This document shows, one piece after another, positions 31,409-40,865 of a stretch of DNA of 64,000 bases. How positions within the stretch are numbered: position 1 is the first letter of the stretch; the number at the start of each line of letters is the position of its first letter. Below the pieces are notes generated by a model. It was not told the origin of the DNA. It did no database searches and saw only the letters and a program-made list of their open reading frames with translations. Source of the DNA: Zetaproteobacteria bacterium CG_4_9_14_3_um_filter_49_83 (GTDB taxonomy: Bacteria > Pseudomonadota > Zetaproteobacteria > Mariprofundales > Mariprofundaceae); contig PFXG01000010.1 of assembly GCA_002791545.1 (NCBI GenBank), positions 40,161 through 104,160 on the forward strand, given 5' to 3'. Both the position numbers and the translations under genes were made by a program.

Positions 31409-32233
31409 TTATACGGATAACATGCGGCGTAAACGCTCATATACGAGCGAATGATCCCGGCTCATATTAACAAATATCGGTGACTCAAGAGAGTTGACAT
31501 CGGGTACTGCCAGCAGGCGTGCATCGTTCAGGTAGGGCTCTGCCAATGTGCGCGGCAGCCAGGCTGTTCCGCCGACCTGAAGCAGCCATTCCAGGCCCAG
31601 CCAGGCCACATTCGTATCTGCCAGAAGTGTGTGTTTTGTCTGTCTGAACTCTGCCATGCCGGCTCTGTGGGCATCACCCCAATCCACATCAACAAACCAG
31701 TCTGTTTGCTCGCCCGAGGAAGTGCCGGCAGAGCGAACCAATACCAGTTCAAGTGAGGCAACCTGCACGGAATAAATACCGGGATATTTGATTTCTGCCG
31801 GTAACACGGCGCAATCAAGGGATCCATCAATCAACTTTCGGGTTAATTCAAGGCGGGAGCCGGTTCTGAGGGTAAAAGAGATATCACTGAAATCGGCCAT
31901 GCTTTGTAATTTGGGCAACAGCCAGGCCCGCCAGATAATATCCGTTCCACCCAGGCGAATGGATAATAGGTTCTGCTCTACCTGCAGGACTTCCTGTTTC
32001 AATTTATTCCACTGCTCGACCATGGCTTCGGCACGGGGTTTGAGTCTTTCACCGGCATGTGAAAGCACAACGCCATTGCGTCCTCGGTCAAATAATTGCG
32101 CCCCGATTTCGCCTTCAAGTTGTCTGATTCTTGAGCTGACTGCCGATGGCGTCAGATGCAAATACTCGGATGCTTTACGCAATCCTTCAAAGTTTGCAAC
32201 CGCAAGAAATGTACGCAAGAGGTTAATATCCAT
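31409..32233 (-). CDS. LysR family transcriptional regulator
   Basis: N-terminal wHTH MDINLLRTFLAVANFEGLRKASEYLHLTPSAVSSRIRQLE. Divergent from the small acidic-protein genes. Confidence 0.9.
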   Translation of the reverse strand: MDINLLRTFLAVANFEGLRKASEYLHLTPSAVSSRIRQLEGEIGAQLFDRGRNGVVLSHAGERLKPRAEAMVEQWNKLKQEVLQVEQNLLSIRLGGTDIIWRAWLLPKLQSMADFSDISFTLRTGSRLELTRKLIDGSLDCAVLPAEIKYPGIYSVQVASLELVLVRSAGTSSGEQTDWFVDVDWGDAHRAGMAEFRQTKHTLLADTNVAWLGLEWLLQVGGTAWLPRTLAEPYLNDARLLAVPDVNSLESPIFVNMSRDHSLVYERLRRMLSV

Positions 32234-32341
32234 GCGTTCTCCCGTTTCGAACATATTGTGCAAAACATTTTGCTTTACCCGCCATTGGCTTGTCCACACC
32301 TTTCACATTGCTGTCCAATTTTTAAGTATAAGGAGAAGCCC

Positions 32342-32503
32342 ATGTCTATTCAAAATTACGGAGATTTTGATCACTTAGACGCAGAATCCAAAACAGCAAA
32401 TCAGCAAATGGATACCTTTTCAGACACGGAGTTCAGTGATGACTGGGTCAGTCATATTGATGATTTTAACGATGAATTTTTAAACTATAACGGAGAAGAT
32501 TAA
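32342..32503 (+). CDS. small very acidic protein (53 aa), unknown function
   Basis: AAGGAG 6 nt before the ATG. About 30% Asp/Glu, aromatic-rich (SDDWVSHIDDFNDEFLNY). The stop abuts the next ATG. Confidence 0.55.
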   Translation: MSIQNYGDFDHLDAESKTANQQMDTFSDTEFSDDWVSHIDDFNDEFLNYNGED

Positions 32504-32773
32504 ATGAAAAAAAGCGTTTTTTATGCACTGATAATCGGTTGCCTTAGCCTTACCTCAGCTTCGATGCTGATGGCTGAAGAGCAAACTGATAATCAATCTG
32601 TGAGTGAATATGGTGACAGCATGAATCCATGCGATGCAAATCTGTATGGTGATGAATTGCCAGCTCAGGATGATGTGCATGCTGATTCATCAGAAGATAT
32701 GTCGCCTGAGAATAATCCATGTTTCATGCCACAGGATGATGGAGCAGAAGCTCCGGCTGTAGTACAAGAATAA
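32504..32773 (+). CDS. small secreted/lipo- acidic protein (89 aa), unknown function
   Basis: Signal peptide MKKSVFYALIIGC (lipobox-like IIGC), or cleavage after LMA. The mature part is Asp/Glu-rich with two NPC motifs. Followed by a terminator. Confidence 0.6.
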   Translation: MKKSVFYALIIGCLSLTSASMLMAEEQTDNQSVSEYGDSMNPCDANLYGDELPAQDDVHADSSEDMSPENNPCFMPQDDGAEAPAVVQE

Positions 32774-32795
32774 GGCTGAGCTTTGCAAAAGTACG

Positions 32796-32830
32796 AAACG
32801 GGCTCTGTTAAAAGAGTCCGTTTTTCTTTT
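32796..32830 (+). terminator. rho-independent terminator
   Basis: AAACGGGCTCT-gttaaa-AGAGTCCGTTT stem followed by TTTTTCTTTT. Confidence 0.8.
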
Positions 32831-33013
32831 GATGCACTGTGTGCAATTATTTTGGGTTATGTGTTTAATTATTTTTGTTTTACAGTCGTGTGTGCTTTTC
32901 TTATCAATTCACGTGGCTGTTCAACGTAGCAGCGATTAAGGGGTTTGTTGAGAGAGGCTGAGTTTATTCAATGCTGACTTTTCACAACAATCTGAAAACA
33001 TATGGAGAAGAAC

Positions 33014-33151
33014 ATGGGTTTTATTCCTGATAATGATTGGGATGATGATGAAAATTTTGAAGAGCAACGGAAAATGAAAAAGAAAGATAATCATCCGCGA
33101 CGTGACAGGGACGATACAAGTGACTGGGAAAAGGACAGGGGTGATTCATAA
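33014..33151 (+). CDS. possible 45-aa highly charged peptide
   Basis: GGAGA 6 nt before the ATG. Sequence MGFIPDNDWDDDENFEEQRKMKKKDNHPRRDRDDTSDWEKDRGDS. Its NDWDDDENFEE echoes DDW..DDFNDEF of the 53-aa protein. Below the ORF-track cutoff. Confidence 0.3.
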   Translation: MGFIPDNDWDDDENFEEQRKMKKKDNHPRRDRDDTSDWEKDRGDS

Positions 33152-33227
33152 TCATCCCATACAAACTCCTGGCATGCTTCGGAGAAGCAATAATCACGGA
33201 GTCCGATGTTTACTGGCAAGGCGCTAG

Positions 33228-33686
33228 TTAATCTGTTTTAAAGTCTTCTAATTCACGTAGTGGAATATTGTAGCAATCCGGGCAGATACTGTGACTGAAT
33301 TGGGCTTCTGAATGATCATCAATATAGGATTCAATTTGCTTCCATGATTCATCTTCAGGGTCTTTGATCCGTTTGCAGTATGAGCAAATCGGCAGTATTC
33401 CTTTTAATACTTTGATTTCATTCATGGCTGATTCGAGTTCGCTGTTTTTGATGGCAAGCATGCGGTTGATGCGAAGAACTTCTGCTGTTCGCCGAATTGA
33501 AAATATGGCGAGCATGATCGCAAGAAGTATGGTTGTAGAAATAATTTCATCAATTTCAAATTCCTCATGTTTGGCGGAGAAATTCACGATGAGCTCCAGA
33601 ACATCAAGCTGTGAAAAAATCAGGTATGAGACAATCGCAATGATGATCATCGTTATCAGTTCTGATTTGATGCTGCCCCTTATCAT
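33228..33686 (-). CDS. small membrane protein with C-terminal CxxC...HxxCxxC (zinc-ribbon-like) module
   Basis: Two TM helices, a coiled-coil (NSELESAMNEIKVLKG), then ILPICSYCKRIKDPEDESWKQIESYIDDHSEAQFSHSICPDCY. Confidence 0.7.
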   Translation of the reverse strand: MIRGSIKSELITMIIIAIVSYLIFSQLDVLELIVNFSAKHEEFEIDEIISTTILLAIMLAIFSIRRTAEVLRINRMLAIKNSELESAMNEIKVLKGILPICSYCKRIKDPEDESWKQIESYIDDHSEAQFSHSICPDCYNIPLRELEDFKTD

Positions 33687-33938
33687 CTTAACAAAAACCT
33701 CTCATTTAATCCGGGATCGATCAATGTCTTGATTGCAGTGAATTATATACCCTGTTTGATGATGAAATAAGGGCAAGAAAGCGATGCGGCGTATTTTGTG
33801 ATTTTCACCTACCCTGCTGAAGGTGTGATGGTTGCTTGCAGGATGGTGCAATTAAATGACACCGTGTGGCAATTGAGCTATTGTGCCGACGTTTTTTGAG
33901 GGCACGTATAGCCCGAATGATCAGGTGCGGAGGTAGTG

Positions 33939-34220
33939 ATGTTTAAGACTAATGAATATTTTGACGGCCAGGTGACGTCTATTGCATTTGAATCCGAAGA
34001 AGGCGCTGCTACGGTTGGCGTGATGGCAGAAGGCGAATACGAATTCGGCACTTCAAGTAAAGAGGTGATGAAGGTTATCTCCGGACAACTGGATGTTAAA
34101 CTGCCGGGCTCGGAACAGTGGGTTGCGTTTCATGCCGGTGAGCAGTTTGAAGTGGCGAAAGATCAGCGATTTGGTGTTCGTTCGGTTGGCCAGTCGGCCT
34201 ATCTGTGTCTTTATAAGTAA
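33939..34220 (+). CDS. ppnP: pyrimidine/purine nucleoside phosphorylase PpnP (DUF1255)
   Basis: [17 protein letters not shown]... is colinear with YaiE/PpnP (about 94 aa, cupin). GGAGG upstream. Confidence 0.88.
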   Translation: MFKTNEYFDGQVTSIAFESEEGAATVGVMAEGEYEFGTSSKEVMKVISGQLDVKLPGSEQWVAFHAGEQFEVAKDQRFGVRSVGQSAYLCLYK

Positions 34221-34228
34221 GTAAAACC

Positions 34229-35068
34229 GTGCTTAGTTACCAGCACATCTACCATGCCGGAAACCATGCGGATGTTCTGAAATATATTGTTTTAAGCGAA
34301 CTCGTGGCTGCTATGCAAATCAAAGCCACCCCTATGTTTATGCTCGATGCTTTTGCCGGCAGAGGTATCTACCAGCTTGATAGCTGCGAAGCGCAGAAGA
34401 ATATGGAATATCAGACAGGTATTGCACGACTGTGGCCTGTCGATCAGCAGCATGCACCGCTGGGTGCAAAACATTGGAGTGGCTTGATTGCCGAGCAGAA
34501 TCCCGATGGTGGATTTTTACGACTGCCCGGCTCATCAGCGCTGCTGGCTTCGCTTTTACGTCAATCTGATCAATTGGCCTGTTGTGATCTGCATCCTCAG
34601 GAAATTGATTTTTTGCGCCAGTTCTGTCGGACGAAGGGGCATGTGGCGGTGCATCACCGTGATGCTTTTGATGCTTTGAAAGGCCTGCTGCCACCAAAGG
34701 AAAAACGCGGTCTGGTATTTCTGGATCCTGCCTACGAACAAAAGGATGAGTACCGTCGCGTCGGGCAGGCCGTTACCGGCATTTACCCGCATTTTCGTGC
34801 CGGAGTCTATGTGATCTGGTATCCGGTCTTACCCGCTGGCCGTGAGCGGGAGCTTTTCACCACGTTGAGACATTCAGGTGTGCGGAAAATTCTTCGTATT
34901 GAGATGTCGGGTGATTTCCCCGCTATGCAAATGCAGGGGTCGGGCATGTTGATTATTAATCCGCCGTTTCAGGCCATGCAGCCATTGCAAGACGCACTGG
35001 CCTGGACGATGGCGCAATTAACCGGTGGCAAGGGAGCTTTGCATTTCGACTGGTTGGTGGGCGAATAA
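34229..35068 (+). CDS. rlmJ: 23S rRNA (adenine2030-N6)-methyltransferase RlmJ
   Basis: LSYQHIYHAGNHADVLKY N-terminus and FLDPAYE motif. GTG start. Confidence 0.88.
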   Translation: MLSYQHIYHAGNHADVLKYIVLSELVAAMQIKATPMFMLDAFAGRGIYQLDSCEAQKNMEYQTGIARLWPVDQQHAPLGAKHWSGLIAEQNPDGGFLRLPGSSALLASLLRQSDQLACCDLHPQEIDFLRQFCRTKGHVAVHHRDAFDALKGLLPPKEKRGLVFLDPAYEQKDEYRRVGQAVTGIYPHFRAGVYVIWYPVLPAGRERELFTTLRHSGVRKILRIEMSGDFPAMQMQGSGMLIINPPFQAMQPLQDALAWTMAQLTGGKGALHFDWLVGE

Positions 35069-35104
35069 GATGCTGATGCATCAGATGATAGTTGGAGAAA
35101 TTTT

Positions 35105-35905
35105 GTGAAGCTGCTGCATAGCATGGTGGCAGTCACGCTGTGTACACTGGTTTTATCCTGCTCAGCCGAATCACACTCCGGTTCCAGACCGAATTACGTG
35201 CTGCCTGAAATTATAAAAGTGACTTCATTGCCCGATTTTTCAGCATATAAAGATGTGACGCAAAAGAAGAAAGCCTTTTTCGATTTTATGCGTCCGATTA
35301 TTCAGAGTGAAAATGCCAGAGTGGCGTATACACGCAAGCGCCTTCAGACTTTAGCAAGATCCAGTCGTTATGGGCAGCATATTAAAGATAAAGATGCTCA
35401 ATGGATTCGCGATTTGGCCGTTGATTACAAAGTAGAAATGACATCGATTCAGGATGAAGATGTTTGGCGCGCACTGCTCAAAAAAGTCGATATTGTACCG
35501 CTTAAACTGGCTCTGGCACAGGCTGCCAACGAGTCTTCGTGGGGAACATCCCGCTTTGCCCGAGAGGGTTTCAATATGTTTGGCATGTGGTGCTTCAGTA
35601 AAGGCTGTGGCCTTGTACCCAGTCGGCGTCCACCGGAGATGTTGCATGAAGTAGCCGTATTTGATTCAATCGATGATTCGGTTGCGGCTTATATTTTGCA
35701 TATTAATCGAAATAAGACTTACAAACCGCTGCGCCGCATTCGTACTCAGATGCGCGCGGAAAATGAAAAACCAACCGCCCTGAAACTGGCCGAAGGCCTG
35801 AGCGGTTATTCCGAACGCGGCGAAGCATATGTGCAGGAATTACAATCAATCATTCAAAGTAATGCTGCGCTGATGGACGGGGTACCGGTCACTTCCAAAC
35901 AGTAA
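35105..35905 (+). CDS. Bax-like glucosaminidase-domain protein
   Basis: Signal sequence, then AQAANESSWGTSRFAREGFNMFGMW (mannosyl-glycoprotein endo-beta-N-acetylglucosaminidase-type motif). Confidence 0.75.
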   Translation: MKLLHSMVAVTLCTLVLSCSAESHSGSRPNYVLPEIIKVTSLPDFSAYKDVTQKKKAFFDFMRPIIQSENARVAYTRKRLQTLARSSRYGQHIKDKDAQWIRDLAVDYKVEMTSIQDEDVWRALLKKVDIVPLKLALAQAANESSWGTSRFAREGFNMFGMWCFSKGCGLVPSRRPPEMLHEVAVFDSIDDSVAAYILHINRNKTYKPLRRIRTQMRAENEKPTALKLAEGLSGYSERGEAYVQELQSIIQSNAALMDGVPVTSKQ

Positions 35906-36037
35906 TATCCTTTCAGCTTATGGACCTGCTTGTGTTTTTTTGTGGGAAAAGCCTCAGTTGCAGAAAAATCCCGGATTGTTTTCGATGACTGGCTGCACGA
36001 ATGTCGATACCATCGCGACCTTTCAGGAGGTATGACG

Positions 36038-37252
36038 ATGGCCAAAGTTCTTATCATCGGCGCCGGTGGCGTCGGTCGAGTTGTCACCCATAAATGCGCC
36101 CAGAATCCGGAAGTATTTTCCGATATCTGCCTGGCATCTCGCACCAAGTCCAAGTGCGATATTATTGCTGCCGAAGTCAGCGAAAAGACCTGCCGCACTA
36201 TTGAGACGGCCGCTGTTGATGCCGATAATGTGCCGGAACTGGTTGCGCTGATTAAACAGGTTCAGCCCTTTATGCTTATCAATGTTGCGCTGCCGTATCA
36301 GGATCTGACCATCATGGATGCCTGTCTGGAGACCGGCGTTCATTATCTGGATACTGCTAACTATGAACCGCTGGATGAGGCGAAGTTTGAATACAGCTGG
36401 CAGTGGGCTTACCGCGAACGCTTTGAACAAGCAGGTTTGATGGCGTTGCTTGGTTCCGGCTTTGACCCCGGTGTTACCAACGTTTTCTGTGCTCATATGC
36501 AGAAGCATCATTTCGATACGCTCGATTATGTCGATATTCTCGACTGTAACGGTGGTGACCATGGTTATGCATTCGCCACCAACTTTAATCCGGAGATCAA
36601 TATCCGCGAAGTGACCAGCAACGGCCGCTACTTCGACAACGGTGCGTGGATTGAAACCACGCCGATGCAGTTCAAGAAGCAGTTCGACTTCGAACAGGTC
36701 GGGCCTAAAAACATGTACTTGCTCTACCATGAGGAGATGGAGTCACTCTCCGTCAATCTCAGTGGTGTCAAACGGATGCGTTTCTGGATGACCTTCGGTG
36801 ATGCCTACCTCAAACATCTTGAGGTGTTCCGCAATATCGGCCTGGATTCGATCGAACCGATCATGTTCGAAGGTCGCGAGATTGTGCCGATCCAGTTCCT
36901 CAAGGCGCTGCTGCCTGATCCGGCCTCACTTGGCCCGCGTACCGTTGGCAAGACCAACATCGGCGTTATTGTCAAAGGCACCAAAGATGGCAAACCGCTC
37001 TCTCGCTATGTCTACAACATCTGCGACCATCAGGAATGTTATAAAGAAACCAATGCGCAGGGCGTTTCTTATACCACTGGTGTACCGGCGATGATCGGCG
37101 CGATGATGATGATCAAAGGCGAGTGGATGAAAGCGGGTGTCTACAACATGGAAGAGTTCGATCCCGATCCATTCATGGCCGCACTCAACGAACACGGCCT
37201 GCCATGGACTGACATCGAAACCAATATCGATGTGGACTCCCTGCCAGAATGA
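36038..37252 (+). CDS. carboxynorspermidine/carboxyspermidine dehydrogenase (saccharopine dehydrogenase family)
   Basis: MAKVLIIGAGGVGRVVTHKCAQN Rossmann start. About 405 aa. Immediately upstream of nspC. AGGAGG 7 nt before ATG 36038. Confidence 0.88.
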   Translation: MAKVLIIGAGGVGRVVTHKCAQNPEVFSDICLASRTKSKCDIIAAEVSEKTCRTIETAAVDADNVPELVALIKQVQPFMLINVALPYQDLTIMDACLETGVHYLDTANYEPLDEAKFEYSWQWAYRERFEQAGLMALLGSGFDPGVTNVFCAHMQKHHFDTLDYVDILDCNGGDHGYAFATNFNPEINIREVTSNGRYFDNGAWIETTPMQFKKQFDFEQVGPKNMYLLYHEEMESLSVNLSGVKRMRFWMTFGDAYLKHLEVFRNIGLDSIEPIMFEGREIVPIQFLKALLPDPASLGPRTVGKTNIGVIVKGTKDGKPLSRYVYNICDHQECYKETNAQGVSYTTGVPAMIGAMMMIKGEWMKAGVYNMEEFDPDPFMAALNEHGLPWTDIETNIDVDSLPE

Positions 37253-37344
37253 AAAAGGAATTTCACCACGAAGATACAGAGACACAAAGAAAATGGTTAA
37301 ACAACTTTGTGTTTTCGTGGCTTTGTGGTTCATAAGGTTTTCAT

Positions 37345-38478
37345 ATGAGCTTTGATATGTCGCAAATCCCATCTCCCTGCTATCTGCTGGAAGAGGAGAA
37401 GCTAATCGGTAATTTGAAAATCCTGAAGCGGGTTCAGGATGAATCCGGCTGCACCATCATTCTGGCGCTGAAGGGTTTTTCCATGTGGTCAGTGTTTCCG
37501 CTGCTGAAGCCATACCTGCCCGGCTGCACCGCCAGTTCATTGTGGGAGTTGCAACTGGCAGCGGAAAAATTCGGCGGCGAGAACCACATTTATTCAGCGG
37601 CATATCGCGATGATGAGTTTGATGAAATTATCGCCATGGCCGACCATCTGGTTTTTAACTCGGTGGCGCAGTGGCAGAAGTTCGGGCTTAAAGCACGCGG
37701 CGCGGCTGTCTCTTGCGGTTTGCGCGTAAATCCCGGCATCAGTGAAGTAGCAACTGATCTCTATAACCCCTGTTTCTCAGGCTCACGTCTTGGTGTGCGT
37801 CCGCAGCATCTGGCTGGTATGGATTTCACCGGCATTGAGGGGCTGCATGCGCATGCGCTGTGCGAGAATCTGGCGGATTCCTCTGTAGCTCTGATCGATG
37901 CATTTGAAGAGAAGTTCGCCGCCTATATTTCTGAATTGAAATGGGTCAATTTCGGTGGCGGTCATCTGATGACGCATAAAGATTACGATCTCGATAAACT
38001 GATCGAACGCATCCGGCGTTTCCGTGAAAAGTGGAAGGTGAAAGTTTATCTTGAACCGGGCGGGGCCATTGCCTGGCGTACCGGTTCACTGGTGACATCG
38101 GTGCTTGATATCGTGCCAACGGATGGACTTCCGGTAGCTATTCTCGATATTTCGGCGACGGCGCATATGCCGGATGTGCTGGAGATGCCGTATCGTCCGG
38201 CCATTATCGGTGGCGGTGAAGCGAACATGCAAGCGCATACCTACAAACTCGGCGGCACCTCATGTCTGGCCGGTGATGTCATCGGTGATTATTCGTTTGA
38301 CGCACCGCTTGAGGCAGGCTCACGCCTGATTTTTGAAGATATGATCCACTACACCATGGTTAAGACGACAATGTTCAACGGCGTACGCCATCCCGATATC
38401 GGCATCTGGCACACGGATGGCAGTTTTGAGCTGGTGCGCCGCTTCACCTATGAGGATTTCCGTAATCGCCTGTCGTAA
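37345..38478 (+). CDS. nspC: carboxynorspermidine/carboxyspermidine decarboxylase
   Basis: 377 aa, PLP fold-III decarboxylase layout (ALKGF..., GGGH, EPGG). Paired with the dehydrogenase as in Vibrio. Confidence 0.88.
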   Translation: MSFDMSQIPSPCYLLEEEKLIGNLKILKRVQDESGCTIILALKGFSMWSVFPLLKPYLPGCTASSLWELQLAAEKFGGENHIYSAAYRDDEFDEIIAMADHLVFNSVAQWQKFGLKARGAAVSCGLRVNPGISEVATDLYNPCFSGSRLGVRPQHLAGMDFTGIEGLHAHALCENLADSSVALIDAFEEKFAAYISELKWVNFGGGHLMTHKDYDLDKLIERIRRFREKWKVKVYLEPGGAIAWRTGSLVTSVLDIVPTDGLPVAILDISATAHMPDVLEMPYRPAIIGGGEANMQAHTYKLGGTSCLAGDVIGDYSFDAPLEAGSRLIFEDMIHYTMVKTTMFNGVRHPDIGIWHTDGSFELVRRFTYEDFRNRLS

Positions 38479-38486
38479 AAGGAGGT

Positions 38487-39794
38487 TTAGTTGATGGTGG
38501 AGTTTGGAAAGTTACCGCTTTTGATATGGATGTCTCGCTGCGGGTAGGGGATGGTGATGCCTGCTTTTTTGAAGGCACGCCAAATCGCCAGATTAACCTC
38601 CGAGCGCACACCGCCCAAACCATTTTCAGGGTCGAGAATCCAGATACGCAGTTCAAGTGCGATACCATTGTCGCCGAATTCCATCAGTCGTGTTAACGGT
38701 TCGGGATCATCCTGCACACGCGCAGAGGCTTTGGCACATTGCAGCATCAGTGCCATGGCTTCTTCCGGATCATCATTGTAACTGATCTGTACGCGGATTT
38801 TCATGCGAATATTCGGATCGGTATAACTCCAGTTGATGACTTCTGAAGTGACCAGATTTTCATTGGGAATCAGTGTTTCCACGCCGTCGCGGTCACGCAC
38901 CACCACATAGCGGGCGCGCAGTTCCTGTACCCAGCCGAACTTGTCACGCACGGTAATCACATCACCGGGCTTGATCGAGCGGTCAAACAGCAGAATAAAA
39001 CCGCTGATGAAGTTGCTGGTGATTTTTTGCAAACCAAAACCGATGCCGACACCCACAGCACCACCAAAAACAGTCAGCGCTGTCAGGTCAATGCCGGAGG
39101 CGTCCATAGCGACAAGAATCGCAATGGCCAGCAACAGGAATTTACTGAATTTCGCCAGCGCAACACGTGAACTGCTGCTGATATGATCCGAGTTATGCAA
39201 GCGTTGCTCAATCATATTGGATAGCCAGAGAGCCAGTATCCAGAAGAAGCCGACGGTGATGATCAGCTTCATCACCAGCAGTATTGATATGCGACTTGTT
39301 CCAAGATTAAAGGCGAAACTATCCAGCGCGCTCACCACACCGGGCAACCAGCCCAGAAGATGCAGTGCAACCAGTAACCATATGCCCGTGGCAATGATGT
39401 TTTCCCAGGCCTTGACCAGTGGGCCGGGGGAGAAACCTTTGCGTAACATGTAAATGGCAATGCGAATTCCGGCCAGTGATAACAGCAGCGGCGTCGCGAT
39501 ATTCAGTAGCGGTGTTGTCAGTTCAAGATGATTGAGGCTGGCTTTGCCGACCAGTGTGACCATCAGCATGCTGATGGGGAACTGAATACGATCCAGTCCT
39601 TTGCGCGAAATTCTTTGCAGTTTACTCGGTGTATTTTCTTCTATTAATTCTACATCCGAACGTTTCATGGCGCTGCGTACAAAATAAGCCGCTACCGTTG
39701 CCAGAATGATGACAATAATTTGTAACCAGAATTCTGTTTGCGAAAGCAGGTTCAGCCAGGATTCACGGTTGGCCCCGAAATAATCTATCATCAT
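38487..39794 (-). CDS. mechanosensitive ion channel (MscS family)
   Basis: Multi-TM N-terminus and the conserved pore/beta-domain block FILLFDRSIKPGDVITV...G.V.E...R..V.RD.DG. Confidence 0.9.
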   Translation of the reverse strand: MMIDYFGANRESWLNLLSQTEFWLQIIVIILATVAAYFVRSAMKRSDVELIEENTPSKLQRISRKGLDRIQFPISMLMVTLVGKASLNHLELTTPLLNIATPLLLSLAGIRIAIYMLRKGFSPGPLVKAWENIIATGIWLLVALHLLGWLPGVVSALDSFAFNLGTSRISILLVMKLIITVGFFWILALWLSNMIEQRLHNSDHISSSSRVALAKFSKFLLLAIAILVAMDASGIDLTALTVFGGAVGVGIGFGLQKITSNFISGFILLFDRSIKPGDVITVRDKFGWVQELRARYVVVRDRDGVETLIPNENLVTSEVINWSYTDPNIRMKIRVQISYNDDPEEAMALMLQCAKASARVQDDPEPLTRLMEFGDNGIALELRIWILDPENGLGGVRSEVNLAIWRAFKKAGITIPYPQRDIHIKSGNFPNSTIN

Positions 39795-39837
39795 TCCTCC
39801 TCGCTGGTTTTATTCCAATGGCTGGATGCAGAATAGA

Positions 39838-40788
39838 TTACCACCATTTTTTGAATTTAAAGAAGGCCGCTAAAATAACACCGAGCAACAGCATACCCCA
39901 CACGGACAAGGCAAAACCGTTCGGGTATTCGAGCATGTCCATGTGGGCGAAGTTCATGCCAAAAATTCCGGCGATAATGCCCATGGGCGTTAATACCACC
40001 GTCATGACGGCAAGAAAGGCCATCACCTCATTGAGCCGCTGACTGAGCAGCGATTGTGCCGCTTGCATCACATTCAGGGCATGATCCGCTTTGGATTCAG
40101 CAATCGATGCTGCCCGGTGCATGTGCTCGTGAGCATCAATCAGTAACAGTTTGTTTTTATACGTCGGGTCGAGCATCAGTTTTTCAATGGCGATGCCGTT
40201 GGTTCGGGCATGGCGCGCCAGTTCGGCGATTTCCTTGCGCATGGTGAGCAGCCGACCAAGATCGGCTTTATTGACATCTTCCAGACACTCTTCCTCAAAC
40301 TCATCCATGTCTTCGCGCAAGGTGTACACGCGGGAGAGCAAGTGATCGACGAGCTTATGAATGATTTTACTAACACATTCGTCAACGTCCAGTCCCATCA
40401 GATCATGGTGCGAAAAATAGTGAAAGCGTTGGCCGGGCCAGATGAGTGCACACATCCGCGCATCGGCAATAATAGATACACTGGTAACTTTGCTGATTTC
40501 ATCCTGTGGTTCCTGCTCAACCGGAAAGCGCAGAATAATATGCAGCACACCGTGATCCAGGCGGGTAAAATGAGGCGGATGCAGAGGATTGCGAATATCC
40601 TTGATATGCAGTTCATCCAGAGAAAAGCGCTCGGCCAGCGCAGCGAGCGTTGCCAGTGAGGGATTGGCCAGCCGCAGGATATTTTGCTCTGTTTGCAGTG
40701 CCTGTTGCCAGTCAATCTCCTGCATATCGGCAAGGTGATTGGCCAGCACAATATCTTTTGATGTCAGAGTGTCTTGATCAGTTTGCAT
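39838..40788 (-). CDS. corA: CorA-family divalent metal transporter
   Basis: C-terminal two TMs with the GMNF signature (IFGMNFAHM). Confidence 0.85.
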   Translation of the reverse strand: MQTDQDTLTSKDIVLANHLADMQEIDWQQALQTEQNILRLANPSLATLAALAERFSLDELHIKDIRNPLHPPHFTRLDHGVLHIILRFPVEQEPQDEISKVTSVSIIADARMCALIWPGQRFHYFSHHDLMGLDVDECVSKIIHKLVDHLLSRVYTLREDMDEFEEECLEDVNKADLGRLLTMRKEIAELARHARTNGIAIEKLMLDPTYKNKLLLIDAHEHMHRAASIAESKADHALNVMQAAQSLLSQRLNEVMAFLAVMTVVLTPMGIIAGIFGMNFAHMDMLEYPNGFALSVWGMLLLGVILAAFFKFKKWW

Positions 40789-40865
40789 GCGGAGCCCTCA
40801 AGCAAGACTATAGATTTAAATTTCTAAAATGGCGACAGTTGCCCGGAAGCTTGCAGGTTCAGACG

